Notes: generated by a model from the sequence alone, not told the origin. Positions 38,335-48,723 are shown, numbered from the stretch's first letter. The stretch: 64,000 nt of DNA from an uncultured Candidatus Saccharibacteria bacterium (GCA_964597895.1 CAZQZS010000002.1:3914-67913); one strand, 5' to 3'. Made by a program: numbers and translations.

Positions 38335-39177
38335 ATGTCTCTGAAAGAAAATTTGCAAATTCAGACCAGCGGCGCCGCCCTCGCGGCGCAAGAATCAGCC
38401 TACAAGTTTAAAACTTGGTTTTTATCTTTGTATACATGGCAAAGGGCTTTGCTGTGGATGCTGCTGCTATTGTTGCTGCCGGGTTCGCTGCTGATTCGCT
38501 ATGGTTTAGAACTGGTTTTGGTCCGGCAATATGCTCAGCAGGCGGTTGTGGCTCAACCAGCCTTCAGCAATCCTGACCCAATTTCCCAGAGTAAGGTTAA
38601 CCTAATACAAAATTCAATCGGCACCACCTCGGCCTACGCTGTTATCAAAAACCCAAATCTAGATTTAGCAGTAGAGCAGCTTCGCTATACCATGACATTT
38701 CTCAACAGCCGCAATCAACCTGTCCAGACAGCGACAGGTACGATTTATCTTTTACCTGATCAGCAGCGCTGGTTAGTTGTACCTCGGATAGAGTCTGCCG
38801 ACCCAATTGTGTCTGCGGAATTAAAATTTGTTGAACCGGTTTGGCAAAAGCGCCTGTCTCTGCAGGAAGTGGAGCTGCGCATGACTGAGCCTTATACTTA
38901 TCAGCAGGAATCGCCTTACGCTACAGTCACCGAAGGCGCGGTAATCAATAACAGCCCGTTTGACCTTCGGCAGGTTACGTTGGTGCTAGTCTTATATGGT
39001 TCTAACAATGAGGTTTTGGCCGTCACCTCGCGTGAGGAATTTACCCTTAAGCCGTACGAGCGTCGCGCTTACATTATTCAGTGGCCAGGCATTGATCGCA
39101 GCCAGGTAAACCGCATCGGCTTGGAATCCTATACGAATACGCTTGACCCTGCTAATCTGACCGTGAGCGCTAATTAG
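38335..39177 (+). CDS. hypothetical membrane-anchored protein
   Basis: N-terminal TM 'LLWMLLLLLLPGSLLI' then extracytoplasmic domain. Confidence 0.45.
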   Translation: MSLKENLQIQTSGAALAAQESAYKFKTWFLSLYTWQRALLWMLLLLLLPGSLLIRYGLELVLVRQYAQQAVVAQPAFSNPDPISQSKVNLIQNSIGTTSAYAVIKNPNLDLAVEQLRYTMTFLNSRNQPVQTATGTIYLLPDQQRWLVVPRIESADPIVSAELKFVEPVWQKRLSLQEVELRMTEPYTYQQESPYATVTEGAVINNSPFDLRQVTLVLVLYGSNNEVLAVTSREEFTLKPYERRAYIIQWPGIDRSQVNRIGLESYTNTLDPANLTVSAN

Positions 39178-39191
39178 CTATCTTTGAGTAC

Positions 39192-40292
39192 ATGTTCTCT
39201 TTTCTGAACAGATTAAAATTTTTTGATTTGCCGCTGCTTGTCGTCAGCGGCTTATTGCTTTCTGGTGGATTGGCCATTCAGTACGCCATCTCTTTGGGCG
39301 AGGGAGACCTGGGCCAATTTTGGCGGCAGGTAGTTTATGCGAGCGGGGCGATTGTCGTGTTCGGTTTATTGGCTAACTACAACTATCAGAGGTTGACAAA
39401 GTACAACAGGATTATCTACCCGGTCTTAATTTTGTCGCTTATTTATCTGTTGTTGTTTGGCGACCCGATTCGCGGCAGTGCCCGCTGGATTGATTTTGGC
39501 TTATTTCAGTTGCAGCCTGCAGAATTAGCTAAGGTGGTGGTCTTAATAGGCTTATCGCGCTGGTTGTACATGAATCGTGGACAGATTAATTCTTGGAGAA
39601 ATATTGGCATTACTTTTGCCTATGCTGCTTTACCTGCAGTTCTGATTTTTTTTGAACCTGATTTGGGGTCTAGTCTGATTGTACTTGCAGTTTGGTTTGG
39701 GCAGATACTACTTAGCCCGATTCGCAAGGTGTATATCATTGCTCTGTTGCTAACTGCTTTGGTCGTGACTGGGCTTGGTTGGCAGTTTGTCCTGCGTGAC
39801 TACCAAAAACAGCGAGTGGAGGTGTTCTTAAACCCAGACAGTGACCCGCAAGGTAAGGGTTATAATGTTCGTCAGGCCATGATTGCGGTTGGTAGCGGTC
39901 AGTGGTTTGGCAGAGGTCTCGGGCAGGGGGTTCAGAGCAGTTTAAAGTTTCTGCCAGAGAAGCATACTGACTTTGTTTTTGCCGCTGCTAGCGAAGAGAT
40001 TGGTTTGGTTGGTTCTTTATCAATCTTGGCTTTGTTTATCATTCTCTTAACCCGCATTGTTTTGATTATGAAGCGTGCTCGGGATGATTTAGCTATGTAC
40101 TTGGCTGGCGGTGTTATGTTTCTTTTCGCTTCACAATTTACTGTTAATGTTGGTATGAACTTGGGACTTCTGCCTGTAACTGGGATTCCTTTACCATTTC
40201 TCACGGCTGGGGGAAGCTCTATGTTGGTCACAGCGATAGCTTTAGGGGTTGTGCAAAATGTTGCGAAGCAGACTAGGGTATTGAGGTTTTAG
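39192..40292 (+). CDS. SEDS-family peptidoglycan glycosyltransferase (FtsW/RodA)
   Basis: 10 TM helices, conserved 'PEKHTDFVFA' and 'GLLPVTGIPLPFLTAGGSS' SEDS motifs. Confidence 0.8.
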   Translation: MFSFLNRLKFFDLPLLVVSGLLLSGGLAIQYAISLGEGDLGQFWRQVVYASGAIVVFGLLANYNYQRLTKYNRIIYPVLILSLIYLLLFGDPIRGSARWIDFGLFQLQPAELAKVVVLIGLSRWLYMNRGQINSWRNIGITFAYAALPAVLIFFEPDLGSSLIVLAVWFGQILLSPIRKVYIIALLLTALVVTGLGWQFVLRDYQKQRVEVFLNPDSDPQGKGYNVRQAMIAVGSGQWFGRGLGQGVQSSLKFLPEKHTDFVFAAASEEIGLVGSLSILALFIILLTRIVLIMKRARDDLAMYLAGGVMFLFASQFTVNVGMNLGLLPVTGIPLPFLTAGGSSMLVTAIALGVVQNVAKQTRVLRF

Positions 40293-40336
40293 TAGCTTTA
40301 TTTTGAGTCTGATTTGTGTTAAGCTGATCCTGAAAG

Positions 40337-40705
40337 GTGAATATGAAAAAATACGATATCAAAAAAGTCTTGAGCTGGTTAGGTTTTATGCTTCAATGCC
40401 CAGTCTGTAGTACTAAGTACCAGATTTCTAACATCAAAGTATTAGACAGCCAACAAGAGGACGAATTAGCAGAAGCACACCTGTTAATTCATTCCGACTG
40501 CCATAGCTGTAAGAGTTCTGTAATGTTTAATATAGATATCAGCGGACCGGACATTTTTACCGTTATTGCTAAAACCGATCTAACCAAAAGAGATAGCAGC
40601 CGCTTTAGCACTTTACCGGCCCTTGCCTTAGACGATTGTATTCGTATCCACGAAACTATACAGAAATTTGATGGAGATTTTGTTAAAGCCATAAAAGCTA
40701 AATAA
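40337..40705 (+). CDS. hypothetical zinc-ribbon protein
   Basis: 'CPVCSTKY...CHSCKSS' two CxxC pairs. Confidence 0.4.
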   Translation: MNMKKYDIKKVLSWLGFMLQCPVCSTKYQISNIKVLDSQQEDELAEAHLLIHSDCHSCKSSVMFNIDISGPDIFTVIAKTDLTKRDSSRFSTLPALALDDCIRIHETIQKFDGDFVKAIKAK

Positions 40706-40769
40706 CCGTGATTATTTGGCCAGCAATGCTGGCCTTTTTTATTTATTCATTATTTCTTTAGTTAAGGTC

Positions 40770-40798
40770 TTGCCAAAATTGACGGTTTCTTGTATAAT
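40770..40798 (+). promoter_or_regulatory. promoter TTGCCA-N17-TATAAT for rplY
   Basis: Hexamers and spacing read directly; ATG 23 nt downstream. Confidence 0.5.
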
Positions 40799-40820
40799 TC
40801 CTGGGTATATCTTGAACTAT

Positions 40821-41495
40821 ATGGAAAATATTCATTTAAAATCTGAAGCTCGGGAGCTCGTAGGCCGCGATAGTAAGGCGCTTCGCCAGTCCGGTTTAAT
40901 CCCAGCAGAATTGTATGGCCATAACGTTGATAATGTTCATTTGAACGTGAATGCCATTGAATTTGAGAAAGTTCTCCGCAAAGCTGGTGAAAGCACAATT
41001 ATTGAATTGGACATGCCAGATGGCACCAAGAAGAACGTTTTGATTCAAGACGTTCAGTACCACTACCTAAATAGCAATCCAATTCACGTTGACTTCTTTG
41101 CTGTTTCTATGACCGAAAAGCTTACTGCTACAGTACCGATTGAATTTATTGGAGAATCTATGGCTGTTAAGGCGATGGGCGGCACTTTAGTAAAAGTTTT
41201 GACCGAAGTGGAAGTAGAATGTTTGCCAGGGGATTTGCCTCAGCATTTCGAAGTAGACATCTCCAAACTGCAAAGTTTCCAAGATGTCATTGCTGTGTCT
41301 GATATCCCTCGCTCCGACAAAGTAGAAATCAAGGCGGAACCAGACGAAGTTATTGCTAAGGTACAAGAGCCTCGGGATATGGAAGCCGAGCTCGCCGAAC
41401 AGGTTGATGAGGCCGCTGCAGTTGCTGCTGCTGTCGGACCAGAACCAGAAACTGCTGACAGTGAAGAAAGTAAGCCAGAAAACCAGTCTGAATAA
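40821..41495 (+). CDS. rplY: ribosomal protein L25/general stress protein Ctc
   Basis: 'LKSEARELVGRDSKALRQSGLIPAELYG...' L25 N-domain plus acidic C-terminal extension. Confidence 0.8.
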   Translation: MENIHLKSEARELVGRDSKALRQSGLIPAELYGHNVDNVHLNVNAIEFEKVLRKAGESTIIELDMPDGTKKNVLIQDVQYHYLNSNPIHVDFFAVSMTEKLTATVPIEFIGESMAVKAMGGTLVKVLTEVEVECLPGDLPQHFEVDISKLQSFQDVIAVSDIPRSDKVEIKAEPDEVIAKVQEPRDMEAELAEQVDEAAAVAAAVGPEPETADSEESKPENQSE

Positions 41496-41504
41496 AAGTA
41501 AAAA

Positions 41505-41531
41505 CCGTGCGGAATCCCGCTCGGTTTTTTA
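41505..41531. terminator. bidirectional terminator
   Basis: 'aaaaccgtgcggaatcccgctcggtttttt'. Confidence 0.5.
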
Positions 41532-41888
41532 TTTGTGTCTTAAGGCACACAGTACGATTCCTACTACTGCGGCACAGGCATACAGGAAGACTTTACTCCA
41601 AATAATGTGCCCAAAAGTCCTCTGCCACACCGGAGCTTCAAAGGCTATTGCATCTAATACACAGCTAGAGAAGCTGCCGGCGAGGATGGCAAGCAGGCCA
41701 ATCCGTAATTTATTTAGATCCACATCAAGCATAATCAGCCAACCTGTGAAAGTGCTCATACCTAGGCAGAGGTAATATACATCAGTCGTGACTAAGCTGG
41801 TCAAAGCGCTGGTTATGAGCAGGCCAATGAGGAGTAATAGTGGCCAACATTTTTTTGGGATGGTTGGCAAAGAGCAAACTTCTCGCAT
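41529..41888 (-). CDS. hypothetical small membrane protein
   Basis: Three to four TM helices. Confidence 0.45.
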   Translation of the reverse strand: MREVCSLPTIPKKCWPLLLLIGLLITSALTSLVTTDVYYLCLGMSTFTGWLIMLDVDLNKLRIGLLAILAGSFSSCVLDAIAFEAPVWQRTFGHIIWSKVFLYACAAVVGIVLCALRHK

Positions 41889-41976
41889 ATTTAACCTCCT
41901 TTGTGGGAATTATAGCAGACTGGCAGATCTTGCGATGAGTTTTGAAGTGTGCTAAATTAGCGCCACGGAGGATTTT

Positions 41977-42273
41977 ATGAGAGTGATTGACAATTGGAAA
42001 TTTTTGCTCGCCAATCAGCTGTTACTGATAGTATTTCGTTTTGAAGGCAACTATTACCTCGCGATCAGGGATGGATCTGGGGTTTGCAGTGATAGTTTCC
42101 CTGAAGATGTGATATTTGGCTTCATGGACGAATATAACGACCAAGTAAGCCATAGGGCAGTTTGGAAACAGCTGGTATCAAAGGCGCAACAGAAAGCTAA
42201 GGAGTTAGGTCTGATGACCAACCACAACATTGTGACCATGCTCAGGGAGGCTCAACTCTGCAAAGCGAACTAA
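41977..42273 (+). CDS. hypothetical protein
   Basis: 98-aa ORF; 3' end overlaps prmC on the opposite strand. Confidence 0.3.
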   Translation: MRVIDNWKFLLANQLLLIVFRFEGNYYLAIRDGSGVCSDSFPEDVIFGFMDEYNDQVSHRAVWKQLVSKAQQKAKELGLMTNHNIVTMLREAQLCKAN

Positions 42274-43041
42274 TTTGTGAATGTCTTGCGTGAAGGTAAT
42301 CTTTGCGCAGGGCATATTTTTTTTAATCCAATTCTGGAGCTTGGGCTTCATGCTTGGGTCAATTTCAAAAAGTATTCTTCCATTTTTGGTAAGATTGCGT
42401 GCAAATTGAGATAGTAGCTGTTGATATAACGAAAAGTCCCCTTTGGGGTCTACTAGAGCGCTGATTGGTTCAAATATCAGACTAGGTTTCAGTTGTTGGT
42501 AATTTGCCTTTGGTACGTATGGTAAATTGGCGATGATAAGATCGTATTTAGCTTTGTCTCCAGACAATAGATTTTGATTTTTAAACTTTATGTTCACCTG
42601 ATGTGCTTGTGCATTTTTCTTTGCTACGCCCAGCGCTTTATTTGATACATCCACAGCAGTCATCTTTACTTTAGGTGAGTGGGTCTTAATGCTGATAGCT
42701 AGGCAGCCTGAGCCAGTACCAAGGTCTAAGATTTTGATTGGTTTATTGGATGCTAGCTTAATTGCCCGTTCAACTAGCCATTCGCTCTCTGGCCGAGGTA
42801 TTAAAACTGCTTTATTTACAGCAAATTTTAATCCAAAGAAATCTTTGTAACCTAAAAGGTAGGCGATAGGGAAACCGCTTTTGCGCTGGCGAACCAGTTT
42901 GCCTAATTGAAATTGCTGGTTCTTAGTTAAAATCTTATTCGGATGCAAGTACAAAAACTCCTTGGATTGCTTTAAGACATGGCCAAGGAGTAACTCAATT
43001 TCTACTGCTGAATATTTTTCTAAAGCAGCTCTGATAGTCAT
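42205..43041 (-). CDS. prmC: release-factor glutamine N5-methyltransferase
   Basis: 'ILDLGTGSGCLAI' SAM motif, 'NLPYV' (NPPY-type) motif; immediately follows prfA. Confidence 0.8.
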   Translation of the reverse strand: MTIRAALEKYSAVEIELLLGHVLKQSKEFLYLHPNKILTKNQQFQLGKLVRQRKSGFPIAYLLGYKDFFGLKFAVNKAVLIPRPESEWLVERAIKLASNKPIKILDLGTGSGCLAISIKTHSPKVKMTAVDVSNKALGVAKKNAQAHQVNIKFKNQNLLSGDKAKYDLIIANLPYVPKANYQQLKPSLIFEPISALVDPKGDFSLYQQLLSQFARNLTKNGRILFEIDPSMKPKLQNWIKKNMPCAKITFTQDIHKLVRFAELSLPEHGHNVVVGHQT

Positions 43042-43042
43042 A

Positions 43043-44113
43043 TTAGCTGGTAGCTGCGGATTTACGAAGTTCCAGGTCAGCTTTTTCTAAAGCAGAGATG
43101 ATCGGTTCAATCTGGCCCTCCATGATCAGGTTAATCTGATTGAAGTTTTGGTTGATGCGGTGATCGGTGACGCGGTCTTGAGGGAAGTTGTAAGTGCGGA
43201 TTTTTTCGCTGCGGTCGCCGGTGCCGATTTGGCTGCGGCGCGCGTCAGTGATTTTCTTTTCTTCAATTTCTCGGTAGTAGGCTGACACGCGAGCGCGGAT
43301 TACGGCTAAAGCTTTTTCTTTGTTCTGAGATTGGGAGCGTTCATCTTGGCAGGTGGCCATAATGCCGGTTGGGATGTGAACCACGCGGATAGCACTATAT
43401 GTTGTGTTTACGCTTTGACCGCCAGCCCCTTGAGACGTAGTAGCTTCAATTTTTAAATCCTTAGCATCAATCTCAAAATCCTTTTCTTCTAACTGCGGCA
43501 TTACAGCTACCGTAATTGTGGAGGTGTGAACACGGCCTTGCTTTTCGGTTTCGGGCACGCGCTGCACGCGATGCACGCCTGATTCGTATTTAAACTTGGC
43601 ATACGGGGTGAGTTCGGCGCCTGGTTTCGCATTGACCTCAAAGATGACTTCCTTAAAACCGCCGGCATCGCTCTGGGAGCTTGAATCAATATGCACGGAC
43701 CAGTTTTGGGTTTCTGCATACTTGCTGTAAGCGCGGAACATTTCTGCAGCAAAGAGAGTTGACTCATCGCCGCCGGCGCCAGCGCGCATTTCAATAATCA
43801 CGTTCTTGTCGTCATTTGGATCAGTGGGGATTAAGTCATTTTCGATGCTTTCTATTAGCTCAACAATTTGAGCTTCTTGCATTTCTATTTCTTCGGCGGC
43901 CATACCTCGGATTTGTTCGTCATCACTGCCAAGAAGTTGTTTGTTGCCTTCAATATCTTTTTCGATTTTATCTAGAGCCTGGATTTTTTCAACCGTTGGC
44001 AAAAGCTTTGCTTGGCGCTTACCAATTTTGGCAATATCAACATTCTCGCCGGAGCTGAGCTGCTCCGTGAGCTGATTGTATTCGTCTAAGATTTTCTGAA
44101 ATCCAGGGTTCAT
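43043..44113 (-). CDS. prfA: peptide chain release factor 1
   Basis: 'GGQSVNTT' GGQ motif; 'RVQRVPETEKQGRVHTS' (PxT region). Confidence 0.85.
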   Translation of the reverse strand: MNPGFQKILDEYNQLTEQLSSGENVDIAKIGKRQAKLLPTVEKIQALDKIEKDIEGNKQLLGSDDEQIRGMAAEEIEMQEAQIVELIESIENDLIPTDPNDDKNVIIEMRAGAGGDESTLFAAEMFRAYSKYAETQNWSVHIDSSSQSDAGGFKEVIFEVNAKPGAELTPYAKFKYESGVHRVQRVPETEKQGRVHTSTITVAVMPQLEEKDFEIDAKDLKIEATTSQGAGGQSVNTTYSAIRVVHIPTGIMATCQDERSQSQNKEKALAVIRARVSAYYREIEEKKITDARRSQIGTGDRSEKIRTYNFPQDRVTDHRINQNFNQINLIMEGQIEPIISALEKADLELRKSAATS

Positions 44114-44208
44114 AACTGTCTAATTGTATTGTTTCTATTGGTTTTTGGCAAGTTGTGTATCTGATGTTTAGGTGTTAATATAGTGTTAATTTTGAGGAGG
44201 ACAATGAA

Positions 44209-44475
44209 ATGATTAGACATAAACAAAGAAAGCAAAAGGTTGCTAGTCATCTTTCTACCAGTATCAGATCAATTTTGCCCAAGAAAAGTACAGAAGAGTT
44301 TATAGATGATGATACCAAGTTTGTGGTAAATTTCTTAGCTCTGGAAACAGGTATGCCACACGCTCAGATAGTAAGGCGGGCAGTTGCTCTGTGGAAACTT
44401 ACTTTCGTACACAATCCTGTCATACCACTACCTGATCAAGTCGAAAAACTAAGGTCTGAACATTTAAAAAAGTGA
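44209..44475 (+). CDS. hypothetical protein
   Basis: GGAGG upstream; 88 aa; terminator follows. Confidence 0.4.
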   Translation: MIRHKQRKQKVASHLSTSIRSILPKKSTEEFIDDDTKFVVNFLALETGMPHAQIVRRAVALWKLTFVHNPVIPLPDQVEKLRSEHLKK

Positions 44476-44488
44476 TCTATTATCATAA

Positions 44489-44520
44489 GACTGCTGAATT
44501 TTCCAGCAGTCAATTTTTTG
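44489..44520 (+). terminator. rho-independent terminator
   Basis: 'gactgctg aattttc cagcagtc' + T6. Confidence 0.55.
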
Positions 44521-44721
44521 GCACAAGTTGTATTGCTAATTGCTCAAGAATTGGTTAGTCTGTGAGTAAACTAAAGGAGGGTCACTGAAATGGAAGATCG
44601 GGTTACCGAGCATTACATCGGAATAAGCTTACTGCTATTTCTGGTCTTTTTCCCCTTTCTAATTGGAGTCCTTGTGCATGTGCTTAGTTGGTTGGCGGGA
44701 ATTCTGGAAAAAAGGTGAATA

Positions 44722-44756
44722 TATCAAAAGCCACCCTCAGACTTGTTGAAGGGTGG
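44722..44756 (-). terminator. terminator downstream of rpmE (minus strand)
   Basis: 'ccaccctcagacttgttgaagggtgg' with T-rich tail on the minus strand. Confidence 0.5.
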
Positions 44757-44763
44757 TTTGTTA

Positions 44764-45024
44764 TTATTCAGACTTAACTCCGCGAGTCTTGCGGGGCTTC
44801 TTTTCTTTCTTAACAGCTGTAGCAGCAGCTTCGCGACGCTTCTTGAAGCGGTCAACGTTACCAGTGGTGTCTAAAATCTTTTGCTTACCAGTGTAAAATG
44901 GGTGGCAGTTGCTGCAGATTTCAGTTTGGATTGATTCTAGTACAGAACCAGTTACAAATGAATTTCCGCAAGAACAAGTCACTTTTACGTCGGTGTGATA
45001 GGTTGGGTGAATTCCAGTTTTCAT
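44764..45024 (-). CDS. rpmE: ribosomal protein L31 (Zn-ribbon type)
   Basis: '[23 protein letters not shown]...[13 protein letters not shown]'. Confidence 0.85.
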   Translation of the reverse strand: MKTGIHPTYHTDVKVTCSCGNSFVTGSVLESIQTEICSNCHPFYTGKQKILDTTGNVDRFKKRREAAATAVKKEKKPRKTRGVKSE

Positions 45025-45231
45025 AAAATATAAATTAAGTTCTATTCAGATTCTGGCGAAAATCTGGACAAAATGCAGTGCAAATACCTAATGATTATAG
45101 GGGAACTTGCACGTTTAGTCAATAGCTGGTATACTTTCGTGGTAATTAATCAAACATATTTCGGATAAATCCTGTCACTTTTGGCCAACTGGCTTAAGCT
45201 GATGACCGAAATAGAAGTTAAAGGATCACAT

Positions 45232-45957
45232 ATGAAGACTGACATTAGTCTTTTGGATTTGCTAAAATCCGGTGCTCACTTTGGGCACAAAACCTCACGG
45301 TGGAATCCTAAGATGAAACCGTACATTTTTACTGTGCGCAACAACATCCACATCATTGATTTAGAAAAGACTCGCACAGGACTCCAGAAGGCCGCTGACT
45401 TTGCAGCTGATTTAGCTAAGCAAGGTAACAGCATTTTGTTTGTTGGTACCAAGCGTCAAGCTCGCGATATCGTAAAGCAGCAAGCTCAAAACTGCGGGAT
45501 GCCTTACGTTAACCTTCGTTGGTTGGGTGGCACTTTCACTAACTTCCGCACCATTCAAAAAACAGTTCGTAAGTTAGAAAAATTACAGCAACGTAAAGAT
45601 TCTCCAGACTTTGAATTGAAGTACACAAAGAAGGAACGTTTGCTCATTGAGCGCGAAATTGAAAAGCTTACCAAGCTCTTTGAAGGCATCAAGAACATGA
45701 AGAAAACTCCAGCAGCGGTCTTCATTGCAGACATTCATCATGATGACATTGCCTTAACCGAAGCTCGCAAGATGAAAGTTCCAGTCATCGCTATCGTTGA
45801 TACCAACACTGATCCAGGGCTTGTAAAGTATCCAATCCCAGCTAACGACGATGCAACTGCAGCAGTAGAATTGATTACCAAGACTATTGCGGAAGCTATC
45901 AAAGCTAACAAGTCTGCTACACCGGTTGCACAAGAGAGTGGAACATCTGCTGAATAA
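45232..45957 (+). CDS. rpsB: ribosomal protein S2
   Basis: 'LLKSGAHFGHKTSRWNPKM' S2 N-terminus; AAAGGA SD; start at 45232 rather than the TTG-extended ORF. Confidence 0.85.
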   Translation: MKTDISLLDLLKSGAHFGHKTSRWNPKMKPYIFTVRNNIHIIDLEKTRTGLQKAADFAADLAKQGNSILFVGTKRQARDIVKQQAQNCGMPYVNLRWLGGTFTNFRTIQKTVRKLEKLQQRKDSPDFELKYTKKERLLIEREIEKLTKLFEGIKNMKKTPAAVFIADIHHDDIALTEARKMKVPVIAIVDTNTDPGLVKYPIPANDDATAAVELITKTIAEAIKANKSATPVAQESGTSAE

Positions 45958-45974
45958 TTAATACCAAAATTTTT

Positions 45975-46556
45975 ATGTCTAACGATTTAATTAAAGAATT
46001 ACGCGAACAAACCGGAGCTGGCATCATGGATGTCAAAGAAGCTTTAGAAGAAGCTGGTGGCGAGAGAGATGCAGCTATTGAAGTGCTTCGCAAAAAGGGC
46101 CTTGCAAAGCAAGCCAAAAAAGCAGACCGCGTAGCGAATGAAGGTTTAGTAGAAAGCTATATCCACGCTGGCGGTCGCATTGGAGTCTTACTGGAAATCA
46201 ATTGTGAGACCGACTTCGTAGCTCGCACTGAAGACTTCAAGAATTTAGCCAAAGAAATCGCTTTGCATATTGCAGCAAGTAATCCGCTTTATATTTCTGC
46301 TGATGAAGTTCCTGCCGAAGTCATCGAGAAAGAGAAAGAAATCTACAAGCAACAAGCTGGTGATAAGCCAGCTGACGTGATGGAAAAAATGCTGGACGGC
46401 AAGATCGCAAAGTATTTGGAAGAAGTTTGCTTGCTCAATCAGCCATTCGTCAAAGATGCAGATAAAACCATTGGCGAACTGCTCGGTGAGGCAACGGGTA
46501 AGATGGGCGAGAACATTGTCGTACGCCGCTTTGCTCGCTTCATGCTCGGCAACTAA
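45975..46556 (+). CDS. tsf: elongation factor Ts (short form)
   Basis: 'LIKELREQTGAGIMDVKEAL' UBA-like N-terminus; follows rpsB. Confidence 0.85.
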   Translation: MSNDLIKELREQTGAGIMDVKEALEEAGGERDAAIEVLRKKGLAKQAKKADRVANEGLVESYIHAGGRIGVLLEINCETDFVARTEDFKNLAKEIALHIAASNPLYISADEVPAEVIEKEKEIYKQQAGDKPADVMEKMLDGKIAKYLEEVCLLNQPFVKDADKTIGELLGEATGKMGENIVVRRFARFMLGN

Positions 46557-46577
46557 AAATTACAGATTTATCAACAA

Positions 46578-46605
46578 GAAATCGCAAATTTTGCGATTTT
46601 TTGTT
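46578..46605 (+). terminator. rho-independent terminator after tsf
   Basis: 'aaatcgcaaattttgcgatttttt'. Confidence 0.6.
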
Positions 46606-46607
46606 TA

Positions 46608-47432
46608 GTGATTAATGCTATAATATTCTCACGAGTAACCTGTAAACCAACACTAGTGCCTTACAACACCATAATGAACATTACTTTTGTACTCTCAGCC
46701 CTCGGGGTTATCCTGATGGTATTGCGACATTTACCGCAGGCTACTCGCGAGCAAAAACAGCATAAGGCCCGGAAAGATGCTTCTGTTGGCGTACCAGCCA
46801 GCGAAGCTTTGCAGGCCAAAGGATTGCCGGCACGAGCCTACTCAAAGAGCTTAAGCTTTGCGAAGCTGCTCAAGCATAAGCTTTGGCAATTTATATTGGA
46901 AGCGAAAGGTCTTAAGCAATCACCTAAAATAAGCTATCAGTTCCAAAGAATATTTCAGACTAATGAAGCAAGCGAGACTCAGCCAGCATTAGTCAAGAAC
47001 GAAAAGTACTATATCGATCTAATCAAGCGCAATCCGAAGGATAATACTTATTACGATATGCTTGGGCAGTTTTACTTAGAACAGAAAAAGATGCACGATG
47101 CGGTCAGCGTGTATGATTATTTGGTAAACCATGCGCCTACTGAAGCAATCTTTTGGGTTCGGCTCGGTCTGGCTTCATTGTATTTGCAAGAACATCAGCG
47201 CGCCGAAGAAGCTTACACTAAAGCTGTAAAATTAGACCCAACTAGTCCGAGCAGGTTCTATAACCTGGCTTTGGCGCAACAAGGATTAAAGAAATACGCA
47301 GCAGCAGTGGAATCATTGGATAAGGCCCTTCATTTAGAGCCAGGTAACCGCAAGTATCAAGACCTGCGCTTTGAACTAGAAAGCAAGGCCAAGACCACGG
47401 TGCCCCTTGAAAATATACACAAAAAAAGTTAA
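46608..47432 (+). CDS. TPR-repeat protein, membrane-anchored (start possibly at internal Met ~46674)
   Basis: N-terminal TM then repeated 34-residue TPR-like units. Confidence 0.5.
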   Translation: MINAIIFSRVTCKPTLVPYNTIMNITFVLSALGVILMVLRHLPQATREQKQHKARKDASVGVPASEALQAKGLPARAYSKSLSFAKLLKHKLWQFILEAKGLKQSPKISYQFQRIFQTNEASETQPALVKNEKYYIDLIKRNPKDNTYYDMLGQFYLEQKKMHDAVSVYDYLVNHAPTEAIFWVRLGLASLYLQEHQRAEEAYTKAVKLDPTSPSRFYNLALAQQGLKKYAAAVESLDKALHLEPGNRKYQDLRFELESKAKTTVPLENIHKKS

Positions 47433-47620
47433 ACTATCTGGGTATCAACTGGATCATACAAATTTTCACTTGGGCTAAGGGTGAGCAAGCTTGAGGAGTG
47501 TAGCGACGAAGGCTGTAGCGAACCCGCAAGTTAAGTGAAAATTTGAGAGGAGTACTTGGCGGAGACCGTTAGCGGGTAAGCGATCGCTTGGACGCGAGAG
47601 GTCGGAGACAAGTAGGACGT

Positions 47621-47696
47621 GCCGTTGTAGCTCAGTTGGTAGAGCATCTCCATGGTAAGGAGAAGGTCTGCGGTTCAATCCCGCACAACGGCTCCA
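47621..47696 (+). tRNA. tRNA-Thr(GGT)
   Basis: Cloverleaf by hand: GCCGTTG acceptor, anticodon loop ATGGTAA, T-arm GCGGTTCAATCCCGC, CCA encoded. Confidence 0.8.
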
Positions 47697-47697
47697 C

Positions 47698-47783
47698 GGG
47701 TAGGTACCCAAGCGGTCAACGGGGGCTGACTGTAAATCAGCTGGCTTTAGCCTTCACAGGTTCGAATCCTGTCCTGCCCACCA
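47698..47783 (+). tRNA. tRNA-Tyr(GTA), long variable arm
   Basis: GGGTAGG acceptor, anticodon loop CTGTAAA, long extra arm, T-arm CAGGTTCGAATCCTG, CCA encoded. Confidence 0.8.
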
Positions 47784-47864
47784 AAGAAATAACATCGCTT
47801 GCCGATGTTTTTTCTTTGGTCTAGTGGATGAGAAAAAAGCACTCCAGAGGGAGTGCTGATGTCG

Positions 47865-48377
47865 TTACGACGACATGATTAAGTGCGAGAAAAGAAAGAA
47901 ATATCTTGTCTCAACCTCGTAGAGTGTCTTACCTCCTCGGTCTTCGGGGATTAGGTCTGCTGGTATGCCGAACAAGGCGTAGCTGAGCATGGCCATTTTG
48001 ATTCGATACCAGTTTGTGTGTCTCTTTCTGGCAGCTTCGGCGAGGATAAATAGTTGTGCGATGCTCAGACCGTAGTTGATGCCGTTAGGCATGAAGTCTG
48101 CTCGAGCACCGCAATGATTACAACTTGCATGAGCGTTGTATGACCAAGGATCATACAATTCCACAAAGGTCATTTTGTTGCATCGGGAACATGAATATTC
48201 TATCCCGACAAACGGGATTGAAATATGTGGAACGCCAGGCCCAGCTTTCTCGTTGTGCAGTTTGGCGCTATTGCGTTCTTTGTCAGTCGAGCGTCGGATG
48301 CTTGCCAGCCCTAAATATTTCTTAAGCGATGCCCCTAAACTATCTTTAGGTTGTTCTGTCATATTTCCTCCTATCAC
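47865..48377 (-). CDS. hypothetical zinc-ribbon protein inserted inside the tRNA cluster
   Basis: 'CSRCNK...CNHC' Cys pairs; no family assignable. Confidence 0.45.
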   Translation of the reverse strand: MIGGNMTEQPKDSLGASLKKYLGLASIRRSTDKERNSAKLHNEKAGPGVPHISIPFVGIEYSCSRCNKMTFVELYDPWSYNAHASCNHCGARADFMPNGINYGLSIAQLFILAEAARKRHTNWYRIKMAMLSYALFGIPADLIPEDRGGKTLYEVETRYFFLFSHLIMSS

Positions 48378-48446
48378 TGTTGGTATTTTCTAAAACTACT
48401 ATTGTAGCTTACTGTAACAATCAAAAAATAAAGAGTCAATGTAAGT

Positions 48447-48475
48447 TAAAAGACGCCTGTAATGGGCGTCTTTTC
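48447..48475. terminator. bidirectional hairpin terminator
   Basis: 'aagacgcc tgtaatg ggcgtctttt'. Confidence 0.5.
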
Positions 48476-48646
48476 GATAATTGCGCTCCTCACCCTGTTT
48501 AGAGACAGGTAAAAGAGCATTCGTCTATAGTTCCTCTTTGATATTTTTTTGGATAGTTTTTTGAGATATATTCACCTTACCTTTTAGGCTGGACTTTTGC
48601 AAGGGTTTGTGTTAAACTTTGAAAGTTATATTTGGCTGTAATTTCG

Positions 48647-48723
48647 GCCGGCTTAGCTCAGCTGGTTAGAGCAACGGTTTTGTAAACCGTAGGTCGTCGG
48701 TTCGAATCCGACAGCCGGCTCCA
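48647..48723 (+). tRNA. tRNA-Thr(TGT)
   Basis: GCCGGCT acceptor, D-arm GCTCAGCTGGTTAGAGC, anticodon loop TTTGTAA, T-arm GTCGGTTCGAATCCGAC, CCA encoded. Confidence 0.8.
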